NCBI GenBank assembly: GCA_963702025.1
Contig: OY969699.1
Coordinates: forward strand, 224,001-288,000
Source of the DNA: an uncultured bacterium
GTDB taxonomy: Bacteria > Babelota > Babeliae > Babelales > Vermiphilaceae
DNA: 64,000 nucleotides
Direction of reading: 5' to 3'
Part shown: piece after piece, positions 49,563 to 59,777 of the stretch
Position numbering within the stretch: the first letter of the stretch is position 1
Layout: each line of letters starts with the position of its first letter
The notes under the pieces: generated by a model
Told to the model about the DNA's origin: nothing
What the model saw: the letters and a program-made list of their open reading frames with translations, nothing else
Databases searched by the model: none
Position numbers and translations under genes: made by a program

Positions 49563-50768
49563 TTAGCTATTTTCTAATTCAGATTTTTCTGATTTTCTCA
49601 TAAAAGCAGGAACATCTAAGCTTTCATCACCGAGTAATAATTCTCGTGGGCGTGCTGCTTCGGGAGATTTTTTAAGATGGGATAACACTGAAGCAATCGG
49701 CTTCTTTTCCTCTAGGTGCTCCGGTTTTTTTTCCTGCGGAATTTCGCAAACCGCACCGATATCAAGCACCGTTGCTTTTACCTTAATTTCTTCCTTTTCT
49801 TGTGCGCTTTCAAAACCGGTTGCAATGATGGTCACCTGCACTTGATCGCCCAAACTTTCATCAATAACCGAACCCAAAATAATTTGCGCATCCGGGTCAG
49901 CCTGTTCATAAATAACCGATGCCGCTTGGCTTATTTCATGCAAGCTTAAATTTTTGCTGCCGGTAATATTAAGTAAAACGCTTTGCGATCCTTTCATGTT
50001 CATATTTTCAAGCAATGGTGAAGAAATAGCGGATAATGTTGCCTCCAGGGCACGGTCAGGACCGGTTGCCTGCGCCGTTCCCATAATGGCAAGCCCGCGA
50101 TCTTTCATAATCGTGCGCACATCAGCAAAATCCACATTGATGTGGCCCGGCTTGGTTATAATATCAGATATACTTTTAACTGATTGACCAAGCACCGCAT
50201 TAATCATGCCAAAGGCATCGATCATTGAAGTTGTAGCGTCAACAACACTGAGTAATTTTTGGTTGGGGATCACAATCAATGTGTCGACGATTTTTTTAAG
50301 TTCGCTGATCACACTTTCTGCGATTGCCATGCGTTTTTTGCCTTCAAAATCGAAAGGTTTGGTAACCACCGCGATAGTGAGAATGCCCCGTTCTTTGAGT
50401 GCGCGCGCAATAACCGGCAACGCCCCTGAACCGGTGCCGCCACCCATGCCGGCGGTGAGAAACACTATATCCGCATCTTCCAAATATTCCATAATCTCGT
50501 TGAGTGTTTCTTCAGCCGCGCGCTTGCCTGCTTCTGGATTTGCACCGGCGCCCAATCCTTTTGCCGATCGAGCACCAAGTCTTATTTTTATTGATGCCTT
50601 GGAGTTTTCAAGTGCTTGAGAATCGGTATTTACTACCACATATTCAATTCCTTGATAACCGGATTCGATGATACTATTTACGGTGTTGCCACCTGCACCC
50701 CCAATACCTATTACTGTTATTTTTGCTGTATTTTCTCGTGCTAATTCTGCACTGTCAAATTCAATCAT
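49563..50768 (-). CDS. ftsZ: Cell division protein FtsZ
   Basis: GIGGAGGN, GGGTGSG, INVDFAD, C-terminal LDVPAFMRK. Confidence 0.99.
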   Translation of the reverse strand: MIEFDSAELARENTAKITVIGIGGAGGNTVNSIIESGYQGIEYVVVNTDSQALENSKASIKIRLGARSAKGLGAGANPEAGKRAAEETLNEIMEYLEDADIVFLTAGMGGGTGSGALPVIARALKERGILTIAVVTKPFDFEGKKRMAIAESVISELKKIVDTLIVIPNQKLLSVVDATTSMIDAFGMINAVLGQSVKSISDIITKPGHINVDFADVRTIMKDRGLAIMGTAQATGPDRALEATLSAISSPLLENMNMKGSQSVLLNITGSKNLSLHEISQAASVIYEQADPDAQIILGSVIDESLGDQVQVTIIATGFESAQEKEEIKVKATVLDIGAVCEIPQEKKPEHLEEKKPIASVLSHLKKSPEAARPRELLLGDESLDVPAFMRKSEKSELENS

Positions 50769-50789
50769 TTTCCTGCTCCCTAAAAGAAA

Positions 50790-52022
50790 TTAAAAGAAAT
50801 CCATAACCCACGATTTCATCCGTGTAAAAATGCGTGCCACTGCTGGACCGTCTAAGGTATCAAGCGCAAAGTTTTGTTGTTTAATTACTTGCTTTAATAA
50901 TCCATATCCGGTTGCATAAATGGGGCTTTGTAGTGATTCGGGCAAATCATTGCCAATACGAACCATGCCCAGGCGGACCGGCATACCAAAAATTTCTTGG
51001 GCCAACTCTTTCATACCCGGTAAAAGTGCGCCACCACCGGTTAATACTAACCCGGAAGGCATCATGCTCTGTAATTTGTGGTGCACTATTTCTTGGAAAA
51101 TTAAGGAAAGCAATTCCTGCGCCCGCGGCTCGAGAATGCACATAAGATCAGAAATAGAAACTATCTGCGTTTGATCACCTTCCACCGTCTCAATTTCAAG
51201 GGCAAGATCATGCTCCAATAATGCCCCATGCGCCAACCCATATTCGCGTTTGATACGTTCAGCATCTTTTATAGTAGTATGAAGTCCAACGGCAAGATCA
51301 TTGGTAAAATGGTTCCCCGCAACGGGTAAAACATACGTATGTCTGATATTGCCATTTTGATAGATAGCCAAATCAGAGGTGCCGCCACCAATATCCAACA
51401 TTGCAACACCAAGCTCACGTTCATCATCAGAGAGTACTGCATCGGCAGAAGCAAGCTGCTCTAAAATGATATCCGTTACCTTAACGCTCGCCATCTCACA
51501 ACATTTAACTAGATTTTGTACCGATGCTATGGCCCCCATAATAATATGCGCCTGCACTTCTAATCGAATACCATGCATGCCAAGAGGATTTTGAATCTTT
51601 TCATGCGAATCTATGATAAAAAATTGGGGAAGCACATGCAATATTTGCATCCCTTCAGGCACTGCAAAAGCGCGAGCCGCATTGAGGACATGACTAATAT
51701 CCGACTGTTTTACCTCCCCCTGTTTAATCGCCACCATGCCATGGGAATTGGTTGACTGAATATGGCCACCGGATATGCCAATTGCCGCTGAATTAATAGT
51801 CATATTCGACATTAATTCAGCCTCTTTGACCGCCGCTTTAATGGAAGCAATAGTTTTTTGTACATCAACTACCACTCCTTTGCGCAGACCATCCGAAGGG
51901 GCTTTTCCGACTCCCACAATTTCAATATGATCTTTATCAAGTACATGGGCAACCAACACACAAATTTTGGTGGTTCCCACATCAATAGAAACAACAACCC
52001 GGTCCGCAAAAACCTTAGCCAT
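50790..52022 (-). CDS. ftsA: Cell division protein FtsA
   Basis: IDVGTTK, DIGGGTSD, LTGGGA, C-terminal amphipathic helix; start MAKVFAD. Confidence 0.97.
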   Translation of the reverse strand: MAKVFADRVVVSIDVGTTKICVLVAHVLDKDHIEIVGVGKAPSDGLRKGVVVDVQKTIASIKAAVKEAELMSNMTINSAAIGISGGHIQSTNSHGMVAIKQGEVKQSDISHVLNAARAFAVPEGMQILHVLPQFFIIDSHEKIQNPLGMHGIRLEVQAHIIMGAIASVQNLVKCCEMASVKVTDIILEQLASADAVLSDDERELGVAMLDIGGGTSDLAIYQNGNIRHTYVLPVAGNHFTNDLAVGLHTTIKDAERIKREYGLAHGALLEHDLALEIETVEGDQTQIVSISDLMCILEPRAQELLSLIFQEIVHHKLQSMMPSGLVLTGGGALLPGMKELAQEIFGMPVRLGMVRIGNDLPESLQSPIYATGYGLLKQVIKQQNFALDTLDGPAVARIFTRMKSWVMDFF

Positions 52023-52743
52023 TACGTGCCCCCCCTTTTTGCGAGCAAAGAACAATTTGTTTTTCAAAACGTATGTCTGCGACACAGCACAGTGCGCGGG
52101 CCGTCCCTTGCCCACCCATCTGCTTTTCACTAATAATGCACTCGCATACGCGCCTCATTTCATCATTAAAATCTTTGACCACACTCGTAAGTATTATGCA
52201 ATTAGGATCATTATTATTGGTTAGATAAATGCTATAGTCATCACCCAATGCAATGTGATAGTGTTTAAAAACGTCAGGATTGAGTGATAACAGCCAGTTG
52301 GCAAGTTCAGGCGAAATGGTATCGCAAGCACCCTCTTTTTGTGCGCGAACACACGGAATATGCGCAATAACTTCACGGGTATAACAGCCGGCATCCACCA
52401 CCGCACCGGATGGTAACAATGCTAATTTGTTTTCAAAAGAAACAACCGGTTGCGCCGCTTTGCAAGAAAAATATTGCACATTATTAGCAAGCCGTTCAAT
52501 TGCTATAGTTTCAAGCGCCGGGCAAATTGTAAATACCGTCTGCGCAATCGATGAAAATGAACCATCAGTTTCAGTGAGCGCCCGTTCAATGTTTGTCCGC
52601 ATGGCATTTGATAGATGCGGATCCAGAAAAAAATGGTATTCTTGTACAGAAAAAAGTTTCTTTTCCAATTGATAGGCAAGTCCAACAATGACAGCAAGCG
52701 CAAAAAATACCGTTAGTCTTTTTTTGGTAACCACTTTTTTCAT
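52015..52743 (-). CDS. Divergent FtsQ/DivIB-like protein
   Basis: Single N-terminal TM helix, C-terminal ADIRF motif, immediately upstream of ftsA-ftsZ. Confidence 0.6.
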   Translation of the reverse strand: MKKVVTKKRLTVFFALAVIVGLAYQLEKKLFSVQEYHFFLDPHLSNAMRTNIERALTETDGSFSSIAQTVFTICPALETIAIERLANNVQYFSCKAAQPVVSFENKLALLPSGAVVDAGCYTREVIAHIPCVRAQKEGACDTISPELANWLLSLNPDVFKHYHIALGDDYSIYLTNNNDPNCIILTSVVKDFNDEMRRVCECIISEKQMGGQGTARALCCVADIRFEKQIVLCSQKGGARNG

Positions 52744-52826
52744 CCCTATTCCCCTGTGATTACCATTATTTCTAACTTTTTCTTGACAGACTAGTCAACA
52801 ATTTGTGTATTTTGTATCTACTTTAT

Positions 52827-52847
52827 TGGTTTTCTTGCGAAGTAGAA
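52827..52847 (+). repeat. 21-bp exact direct repeat, copy 2
   Basis: Identical to 37557-37577. Confidence 0.8.
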
Positions 52848-52855
52848 GTAAAAAA

Positions 52856-53281
52856 ATGACTCGAACAAAAATATTCTTTTTGATTTTGTTATTTTTTATT
52901 CAGCAATTTTTTATAGTTAGCGCAGATAATGAAAAACAAAAAATAGCTAAGCTTTTAAAGCACTTGCAAGCGAAACATTACGTTGAAAAAAATACCGCAT
53001 ACCATGCACTGGCAAAAGGATTCTTGGGGACCGCCGGGTTAATGACGGTAACAAAAGTAGCCCAAAATCTTTTGTGCCAATTCCCACCGTCGCCGCTTAA
53101 AAACTATGTGGCCAAGCACTGTCGCCGCCAGGTGGTTTGGGGAATTATTGGTTCATTTTTTTTGGGATTAAGTTATTATTCTTTAAGCAATTATTATAAG
53201 GGCTTAAAACATTTGTTAAGACCCGATAACCCAAACTCACTAGAAGTGGTCCAACAATGGTTACAAAAAGAAACAGACTAA
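52856..53281 (+). CDS. Hypothetical exported protein with two hydrophobic segments
   Basis: MTRTKIFFLILL...VSA signal peptide; two apolar stretches. Confidence 0.65.
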   Translation: MTRTKIFFLILLFFIQQFFIVSADNEKQKIAKLLKHLQAKHYVEKNTAYHALAKGFLGTAGLMTVTKVAQNLLCQFPPSPLKNYVAKHCRRQVVWGIIGSFFLGLSYYSLSNYYKGLKHLLRPDNPNSLEVVQQWLQKETD

Positions 53282-53658
53282 AATATGCGCTCTTGTTTTT
53301 ACTAATTAATGGTTCATTGGCATCAGCACAGATGCCGGATCCAGCATCTGAAAAAATAAACTATGAAATAGCGCTTGAACAGCACAAAAAATCCCGTGAA
53401 GAAAATTTAGCACAGGCAAAAACCGCATTTAGGCGCACCGCGATATATGCTGGGGCTGTGGCAACAGCCTGGATTGTGGGTGATTTCTGCGTTTTCCCAT
53501 ACACTCATAAAATGCGCAAAAAAATACGATTCTTAAAGGCATCGCCACATGAAATACTGTTTACAACGTCTCTTACCGGAGGAGCAGTTCTTACTATTTT
53601 GGCGCTCAAGAATGCTGCAAAAGGCGCTATAGAATTGGTCAAATATCATCTTGGTTAG
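53257..53658 (+). CDS. Hypothetical exported protein with two hydrophobic segments
   Basis: Signal peptide ending ASA; overlaps upstream gene. Confidence 0.65.
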   Translation: MVTKRNRLKYALLFLLINGSLASAQMPDPASEKINYEIALEQHKKSREENLAQAKTAFRRTAIYAGAVATAWIVGDFCVFPYTHKMRKKIRFLKASPHEILFTTSLTGGAVLTILALKNAAKGAIELVKYHLG

Positions 53659-53660
53659 CT

Positions 53661-54221
53661 ATGAAGTATGGACAAATATGCATAATCATTTTTGTCTATT
53701 TGCATCAAAGCGTACTCTCAGAAGAACATAAACAATCTCCTTCAAGATGGTACCACAAAGTTATGGGCGCAGGATGTATCAGCGCCGGCATTTTTTGTGG
53801 CACACTTTCAGTATATTTGGACCGTGAGATTGAAAGAAGAAAAACAAATCTGGGCATTCACGCTTTATATCCCCTTTCATATTTATTGATTGGAATCGGG
53901 GTAGAAAAAATAATTAACCAATCAGTTATGTTCGGCAATGAAAAAAAACCAATACATAAGCCAACAGTCTCGCTACAAGAGCTGAGCAAACAAGAATCAT
54001 GCAAAGCATTGCTTACAAAAATAACCGGTTACACTTTAGGCGCACTCTGTTTGCGACGATTATTCTCGCGCACAGAAAACAAGATTCCCCTTGTCTTGAG
54101 CTTAGCAACCGGTTCGGTGGCGCTCTTATACGCATCGCGCAAGCATACACTCAAGGCGGAAAAATATCAGCATGAGCACCAAGAAGAATTGATACAACAA
54201 TTGGCATGTGCATCGTATTGA
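53661..54221 (+). CDS. Hypothetical exported protein with four hydrophobic segments
   Basis: Signal peptide; two hydrophobic hairpins. Confidence 0.65.
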   Translation: MKYGQICIIIFVYLHQSVLSEEHKQSPSRWYHKVMGAGCISAGIFCGTLSVYLDREIERRKTNLGIHALYPLSYLLIGIGVEKIINQSVMFGNEKKPIHKPTVSLQELSKQESCKALLTKITGYTLGALCLRRLFSRTENKIPLVLSLATGSVALLYASRKHTLKAEKYQHEHQEELIQQLACASY

Positions 54222-54318
54222 TACGAGTGTGAGAAAATCGTAGAAAAGTTAAAAAATCTTCCCTACTCAATAAAGAGAACTGTATTATGATGGAGTACTA
54301 AAAAAAGGAGAAAGTACC

Positions 54319-55113
54319 ATGAAAATATTCGGCAAAATTCTCTTGTGTATCATTTTTAGCTCAGTAATAAATGTAAGTGCAGGCGAAAAAATATATAACC
54401 CGCTTAGTTTAAAAGAGACAGCCATACAATCAATTACCAAAGAAATAGTTGCCCATATAAACAAATTAGCAATCAAAGATCCGACAGCTTTTAATAGAGA
54501 AACAGAATCGATTGTTAAAAAGTTACTTTCATTGCCTGTAGACCTTCAAATGGAGATTTCGACAACAATAATAAAAGATATGCCGGGTAAAGAATGGAAT
54601 TTGCCTGGTAAAGTGAGCGCTCAAGCCTTATCTGCTACCAGACATCTTAGAGCAGATAATCTTCTCGATCTTCTACGAACTTTTATAGATAGAACAATGA
54701 GTGGTTACAACAAAACCCAATTAATAAAGTTTGTGGTTGAGCATAACACGCAACTATTTCATGCTTTTCCATTCTTAGTTTTAAGGGCAGACTTAGATAA
54801 GACAAAAGAAGAAAATTGGATACTCCAATTGCTTCCTTATGCAAACGATTTAGACAAATTTACGGCACTCTATTATTTAGCTAACAGTTTTGTACCCAAT
54901 AGCGATAGACAGAAGGGATTAGAATTTTTGTTAAAAAGCGGCGTTAATCCAAACATTCCTTATCGCGGCAGAACATTACTCTCATACCTTAAGGAAAAAC
55001 AAAAAGGATATGCCGTAGCGCCAGAGCCTGATGCGGCAAATATTTATAAAAAGTACTATGACAATTACGAAGCTGCAATTAAGCTCTTAGAAACGTATAA
55101 GGCAACCGAATAA
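54319..55113 (+). CDS. Secreted protein with BC-box/SOCS-like N-terminus and degenerate ankyrin repeat
   Basis: AAGGAG RBS; PLSLKETAIQSI...LLSLPVDLQ; TALYYLA...FLLKSGVNPN. Confidence 0.6.
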   Translation: MKIFGKILLCIIFSSVINVSAGEKIYNPLSLKETAIQSITKEIVAHINKLAIKDPTAFNRETESIVKKLLSLPVDLQMEISTTIIKDMPGKEWNLPGKVSAQALSATRHLRADNLLDLLRTFIDRTMSGYNKTQLIKFVVEHNTQLFHAFPFLVLRADLDKTKEENWILQLLPYANDLDKFTALYYLANSFVPNSDRQKGLEFLLKSGVNPNIPYRGRTLLSYLKEKQKGYAVAPEPDAANIYKKYYDNYEAAIKLLETYKATE

Positions 55114-55114
55114 C

Positions 55115-55849
55115 TTATATCACCTTCTGCTTTGTGCCGATCAAAAAGAGCAAAATCCCAGCGGCAACTGACGCATTATACGAAATATCAGCTGTTTTTT
55201 GGGGCAGGGTAACATGAGTACCCATTTTGAGCACCGAGGGCATAATTCCTTCACCTTCAGAACCTATCACCAAGCACAGGGGAGATTGATAAGGAACTTC
55301 AAGTGCATTCTGTCCGCCAAAGGCCGCAAGATAAAGATTGTATCCGGTACTTTTAAGCGCTTGTGCTGCCACAGGAGTCGATTGAGCAACCATAATTTCA
55401 AGGTGTTCTGCCAACCCAGCTGAGGATTTGAGTGCAACCGCGTTGAGTGGTGCAGCAAATTTTTCCACTAAAACAACACCATCTGCACCAGTACAAAATG
55501 CGGAACGCAAAATGGCGCCAACATTGCGCGGATCCTGAATGCCATCAAGCAAGACCAAGAATTTCTGTTTTTGCGGGTCGAATGGCTTACTGCGAAAAGG
55601 AAAATGTTGCACCCATGCAACCACCCCTTGATGATCACCAGTTTTTGCCATATTGGTGAGCACATCCCGCGAAACATACTGAATCGGAATGGCCCGCTCA
55701 GGCAACAATTTTTCTATTTTTGACCATGCTTTAGGAACAGGGCGGGTGGTATAAATTGAGATTACTTTACGTCGTTTTGCCTTGAGAACTTCAATAAGTG
55801 GATGAATTCCATAAATGAGTTCTCCGGGCGCTTTATTCTTTTTATCCAT
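55115..55849 (-). CDS. rlmB: TrmH/RlmB family RNA 2'-O-methyltransferase
   Basis: IYGIHP, LDGIQDPRNVGAILRSA, IGSEGEG, SYNASVA SPOUT motifs. Confidence 0.88.
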   Translation of the reverse strand: MDKKNKAPGELIYGIHPLIEVLKAKRRKVISIYTTRPVPKAWSKIEKLLPERAIPIQYVSRDVLTNMAKTGDHQGVVAWVQHFPFRSKPFDPQKQKFLVLLDGIQDPRNVGAILRSAFCTGADGVVLVEKFAAPLNAVALKSSAGLAEHLEIMVAQSTPVAAQALKSTGYNLYLAAFGGQNALEVPYQSPLCLVIGSEGEGIMPSVLKMGTHVTLPQKTADISYNASVAAGILLFLIGTKQKVI

Positions 55850-56085
55850 CTGGAACTTTTAAAATAAGGTTCGGTATGCTCGTCTATAATTTCAAAGATA
55901 CCGATATACGCTGAAAAAACCAGCACTTATTTGCACAAATAGCTAAGTTCGGTTACGTTTATCAATGAAATGGTTCATATTGATCTTGAAATAGTTAAAA
56001 GCCTAATCTTCATTTTGATTTTTGCTCATTTTCAATCGACTCATTACTTTATAGTGCACAGTGTATCTCACGTGGAGTTTTTTTC

Positions 56086-57774
56086 ATGAAAAAAAAATAT
56101 TTTTTACATCTTCTACCGTTAGTTTTTGGCGCGCAGGCAATCGTTTTAGAAATTCCTGAGCAGCAAGATCTTCAACTTTTGAGGACCTATCAGCAAGGAC
56201 CGGGACTCATTAGTAAAATCAAGCGGACCTCTACAAAGCTCGGTTTGGAATATTTAACCAAACAAGTCACCAATCCTCTCGCAGACATCGTCGCGCTTAA
56301 GGCGCGCCAAGAATGGACCAAGCAGATTATGAGCGATCCGGCCCTGCAACAATCGTTGGAAGAGCACCTCAAAGTATTTGCTTGCGCTGAATCTTCCTTA
56401 AATATTGGCTGCGCCACCGACGATATATGCCAAAGCGTAATTAGTAATTTTTATTTTAAAAATAAATATTTGCGATGGCTCAACAACTATCCGGCCGGGC
56501 TTGAACTTGGTCAGCTGGCAACTATTGCAAATCTTTCAGCGCCGCTTATTGAGCATGCCATTATTCATTTTTTCATCAGCAAAGAGCTTCATGAACGGTT
56601 GGGCATTTGTGGGCATCCTCATGCCTGCAACGATCCTCATCATCATGCATCCTTTGGCGCACAACTGGCCTATAATAGCTATAACATTGCACACACCGGC
56701 ATCCATTTGATTGGTGCTAAAGGGGTTTATGATCACGTAAAGCAACAAGCAGATATCATCAAATCAATGCAATCGGAACTCATTAAATTACGCCATGCAA
56801 TAGAAAGTGCGCGCACCCTAGTGTCTCTTATTGATACGCTTGCCATTGACCATGTAAGATTTCCCGACACTCAAGAACCGAACATTTTTCATAGCGATAC
56901 CAATTCCGCCCAGCTCACGGAACTTTTAGATCTTCTTTCTCATGCCACCTTCGATGACCAACCATCATTTTTATCGCGGCCGGGAAATATTTTACGCGCG
57001 TACGCATTGGCCCAAATGGTGCATCATGAATTGCGCAGTGGATTGGCCATAATCGGTGCTATAGATTTTCAGGTTAGCTGTGCGCGCTTGATGCACGAAA
57101 GCAAGCAGGCTTTTGTTTTTGCCGATTTTATACAAGCGGCAGAACCACTCTTGCAGATTAAAGGATTTTGGAACCCGCTTGTTGCTGATATGCAACCAAT
57201 TGATAATGAGCTTATTTTGGGCGACTCGCACCCTCACATTGCACTAGTCACTGGGCCTAATAAAGCAGGAAAATCAACCGGGCTTGGCGCCTTGAGCACC
57301 GCCATTATTCTGGCGCAAAGTCTGGGCATAGTGCCGGCTCAATACTGCGCGATTACGCCATTTTCTCACATCAAAACCGGATTTAATATGACCAACCGGG
57401 TGAATCATGGCCAATCATTGTTTAGCACATCACTTGATTTTGCACGCGAAACAATTGCGTATGCCAAAAATAATCCCCACCATTTTGTTTTTATTGCCAC
57501 CGATGAATTATTTAATAGCACCGAATATTCTCAAGGATTAGAAATTGCCGCGGACTACATTCGTGAACTTGCTGAATGCAGCAATTGTATTGCGCTCATG
57601 GCAACCCATTTTGCCCCACTCACGGCCTTAGAAGAAGAAAATCCTGCGGTAATTAAAAATTATAAAGCGGAACTGACAACTACCAATGGCACACTCCGCT
57701 ATTGCATCGAACCGGGCATTAGTGAGCCGGGGAACACACTGCGGCTAGTGCAGCAGGATTTGTTGAAGAAGTAG
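56086..57774 (+). CDS. MutS-family protein (domain III-like plus ATPase domain V) with signal-like N-terminus
   Basis: TGPNKAGKST, SLF, DELFNSTE, MATHF; no mismatch-binding domain I. Confidence 0.85.
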   Translation: MKKKYFLHLLPLVFGAQAIVLEIPEQQDLQLLRTYQQGPGLISKIKRTSTKLGLEYLTKQVTNPLADIVALKARQEWTKQIMSDPALQQSLEEHLKVFACAESSLNIGCATDDICQSVISNFYFKNKYLRWLNNYPAGLELGQLATIANLSAPLIEHAIIHFFISKELHERLGICGHPHACNDPHHHASFGAQLAYNSYNIAHTGIHLIGAKGVYDHVKQQADIIKSMQSELIKLRHAIESARTLVSLIDTLAIDHVRFPDTQEPNIFHSDTNSAQLTELLDLLSHATFDDQPSFLSRPGNILRAYALAQMVHHELRSGLAIIGAIDFQVSCARLMHESKQAFVFADFIQAAEPLLQIKGFWNPLVADMQPIDNELILGDSHPHIALVTGPNKAGKSTGLGALSTAIILAQSLGIVPAQYCAITPFSHIKTGFNMTNRVNHGQSLFSTSLDFARETIAYAKNNPHHFVFIATDELFNSTEYSQGLEIAADYIRELAECSNCIALMATHFAPLTALEEENPAVIKNYKAELTTTNGTLRYCIEPGISEPGNTLRLVQQDLLKK

Positions 57775-57779
57775 GTATT

Positions 57780-58868
57780 TTAAACTGTTCTTCCGGCCAC
57801 TTTGCCCGTGACCGCAACATAACAAATGCTGACCAATACACATGCCAAATTTACCGAACTTGCCACGGTTTGTATCACCAAGCTATTTTCTTTGAGCCAT
57901 TCTTTAATATTGAACCATCTCTTCGATTGTAAAACATCAGAACTCAATACAAATTTTTGGTAAGCACTTTCCAAATTCTCTTCTCTCAAAAAACTTAACG
58001 GCAAGCCGGCCAAAAAAACCTCTTGATAAGCTGCTTTAATAAGAAGCTCAAGCTGGCGAGGCGAAAACCCATCAGTTTTCTTGGCAAGCTTCCTTAAATA
58101 AGCAAAGCTACACAGATCACTATGTTTTTCAAGATAATGCTCAATAATTCTTAAGCGATCATTCCAGCTACTTTTCTTAATTTCAACAATGTTACCCTCA
58201 AACCGATCCTTTAGTTGTGGCGGTAATTTGGTGACATCATTTGCCGTACCAATAACCAAAATATTGGGGTTATTCACATATTTATCCAGCAATAGCCAAA
58301 GTGCAGACCCGCAACCAATATCTTCGCCCATTATATTCGATTTGCGTTCAACAAAAACATTAAGCTCATCAAGAATAATCACACATTTCCTCTTGCTTTT
58401 CTCCGCAATCTCAAAAAAACGGGCTAAATTAGCAATTTCAGAATTTTTATATTCATTACCAAGAACCGGCATTAAGACAAAGTAGCAATCGCGCTTGAGT
58501 TTATATGCAACAATTGCTGCCAACGTTGATTTGCCACAGCCGGGAGGACCAACCAATAAAATTCTGTTGGGCAAAAGAAATTTGGTGCTCTTATCATATT
58601 TATTTTCATCGAACATTTTATTTATGAGATTAACATAATCTTTAAGGGCCTCGGGAGCATTGTCATAAATATATTCAGCGGTTGCCTCACTCTCCGGAAG
58701 AGATCCCTTTCTCATAGCAGCAAACATCGTCTCAAAAACATACTTCTCATGGTCTGTCGGCTCTTGTTTTTTTGGCTGATCCTGATTGGTCGGCGGATTC
58801 TCTTGATCAGCGAATGCGCCCATAGTAAGAAGCAATAAAAAAACGGCAAGAAGATTCTTTTGATTCAT
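57780..58868 (-). CDS. AAA+ ATPase with signal peptide and C-terminal TM
   Basis: LLAVFLLLLTMGAFA; GPPGCGKS, IILDE, GTAN, LKDRF; hydrophobic C-terminus. Confidence 0.88.
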   Translation of the reverse strand: MNQKNLLAVFLLLLTMGAFADQENPPTNQDQPKKQEPTDHEKYVFETMFAAMRKGSLPESEATAEYIYDNAPEALKDYVNLINKMFDENKYDKSTKFLLPNRILLVGPPGCGKSTLAAIVAYKLKRDCYFVLMPVLGNEYKNSEIANLARFFEIAEKSKRKCVIILDELNVFVERKSNIMGEDIGCGSALWLLLDKYVNNPNILVIGTANDVTKLPPQLKDRFEGNIVEIKKSSWNDRLRIIEHYLEKHSDLCSFAYLRKLAKKTDGFSPRQLELLIKAAYQEVFLAGLPLSFLREENLESAYQKFVLSSDVLQSKRWFNIKEWLKENSLVIQTVASSVNLACVLVSICYVAVTGKVAGRTV

Positions 58869-59012
58869 GGTGTCCCTAAAAAGCATCATTAGTAGATTCG
58901 TAGCTTTACAATTCTTGCTTAATTACTTCTGCCCCATCATTGAGAACATGATATTTTTAGGTAAGTATAACTTTTTTCAGCTAAAACTTCATCTATTACC
59001 TGCAGAAATTTT

Positions 59013-59420
59013 TCAATCTACAAATGTAACTGTTGGTTCATAAGAAGCAGCTAAATCCAAAATCTCATCATCAGTTATAATGCTAAAATGAATAACTTTA
59101 TATGAATCTGATATTCCATGAGATTGTTCAGACAACCATTTTAAATATTCAGAATTTTCAACTTTAAAAAAAGTCCAGTCACCATAAAATTTAGGGGCAT
59201 AGTTTTCATCAAGATAACCTATCGTTAACAATCTAAAAGTTTCATCAGTATTTCTAAAAGCATGGACAGAATGAGGAAATAATACCGATACTTTCTTTGA
59301 TTCTTTTTGCGCATCGACAAGCAGAATTTTAAATCCGTCAATGCTTACCGAGATCGATTCTATATAATATCTATCTGCCAGGTTATCCAAAGGCTTCCAT
59401 TGAGACCATTTTTCTTGCAT
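59013..59420 (-). CDS. Putative immunity protein
   Basis: 135 aa, aromatic-rich, no signal peptide, in a small-gene array downstream of a toxin-like gene. Confidence 0.55.
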   Translation of the reverse strand: MQEKWSQWKPLDNLADRYYIESISVSIDGFKILLVDAQKESKKVSVLFPHSVHAFRNTDETFRLLTIGYLDENYAPKFYGDWTFFKVENSEYLKWLSEQSHGISDSYKVIHFSIITDDEILDLAASYEPTVTFVD

Positions 59421-59466
59421 TTTTTTCCTATCGCGTACGTACTTTGATGCTTTTCACAATTGATTA

Positions 59467-59772
59467 TTAGCCTTCCCAACTAATATCCTGGGGATATTCA
59501 TTCTTCGTAAGAGTGCGTAATGATTTTAATATTACTCTATAGTTAATTAATGGTAATATTCGATCATCCTTTTTTTCAAAACAATCATCTTTTTGACTAT
59601 AAATACAGGCAGGATTCTCAAAATTTTTAGATTCAAAAAAATAGATTTTTTTCTGCAATGAATCAAGGCCAATATAATAAACTACATCCGTATCATCATT
59701 ATCTTTATATACTGAATAGTAATGTATATTATTTTTTTCAGAAGCTTTTCTTATGTCAATCACATATCTCAT
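59467..59772 (-). CDS. Putative immunity protein (paralog of 59778)
   Basis: IRK...NNIHYY.VYK...YY.GL...KKI.F...P.CIY...DCF...P..ISWE shared with neighbour. Confidence 0.6.
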   Translation of the reverse strand: MRYVIDIRKASEKNNIHYYSVYKDNDDTDVVYYIGLDSLQKKIYFFESKNFENPACIYSQKDDCFEKKDDRILPLINYRVILKSLRTLTKNEYPQDISWEG

Positions 59773-59777
59773 ATTGC

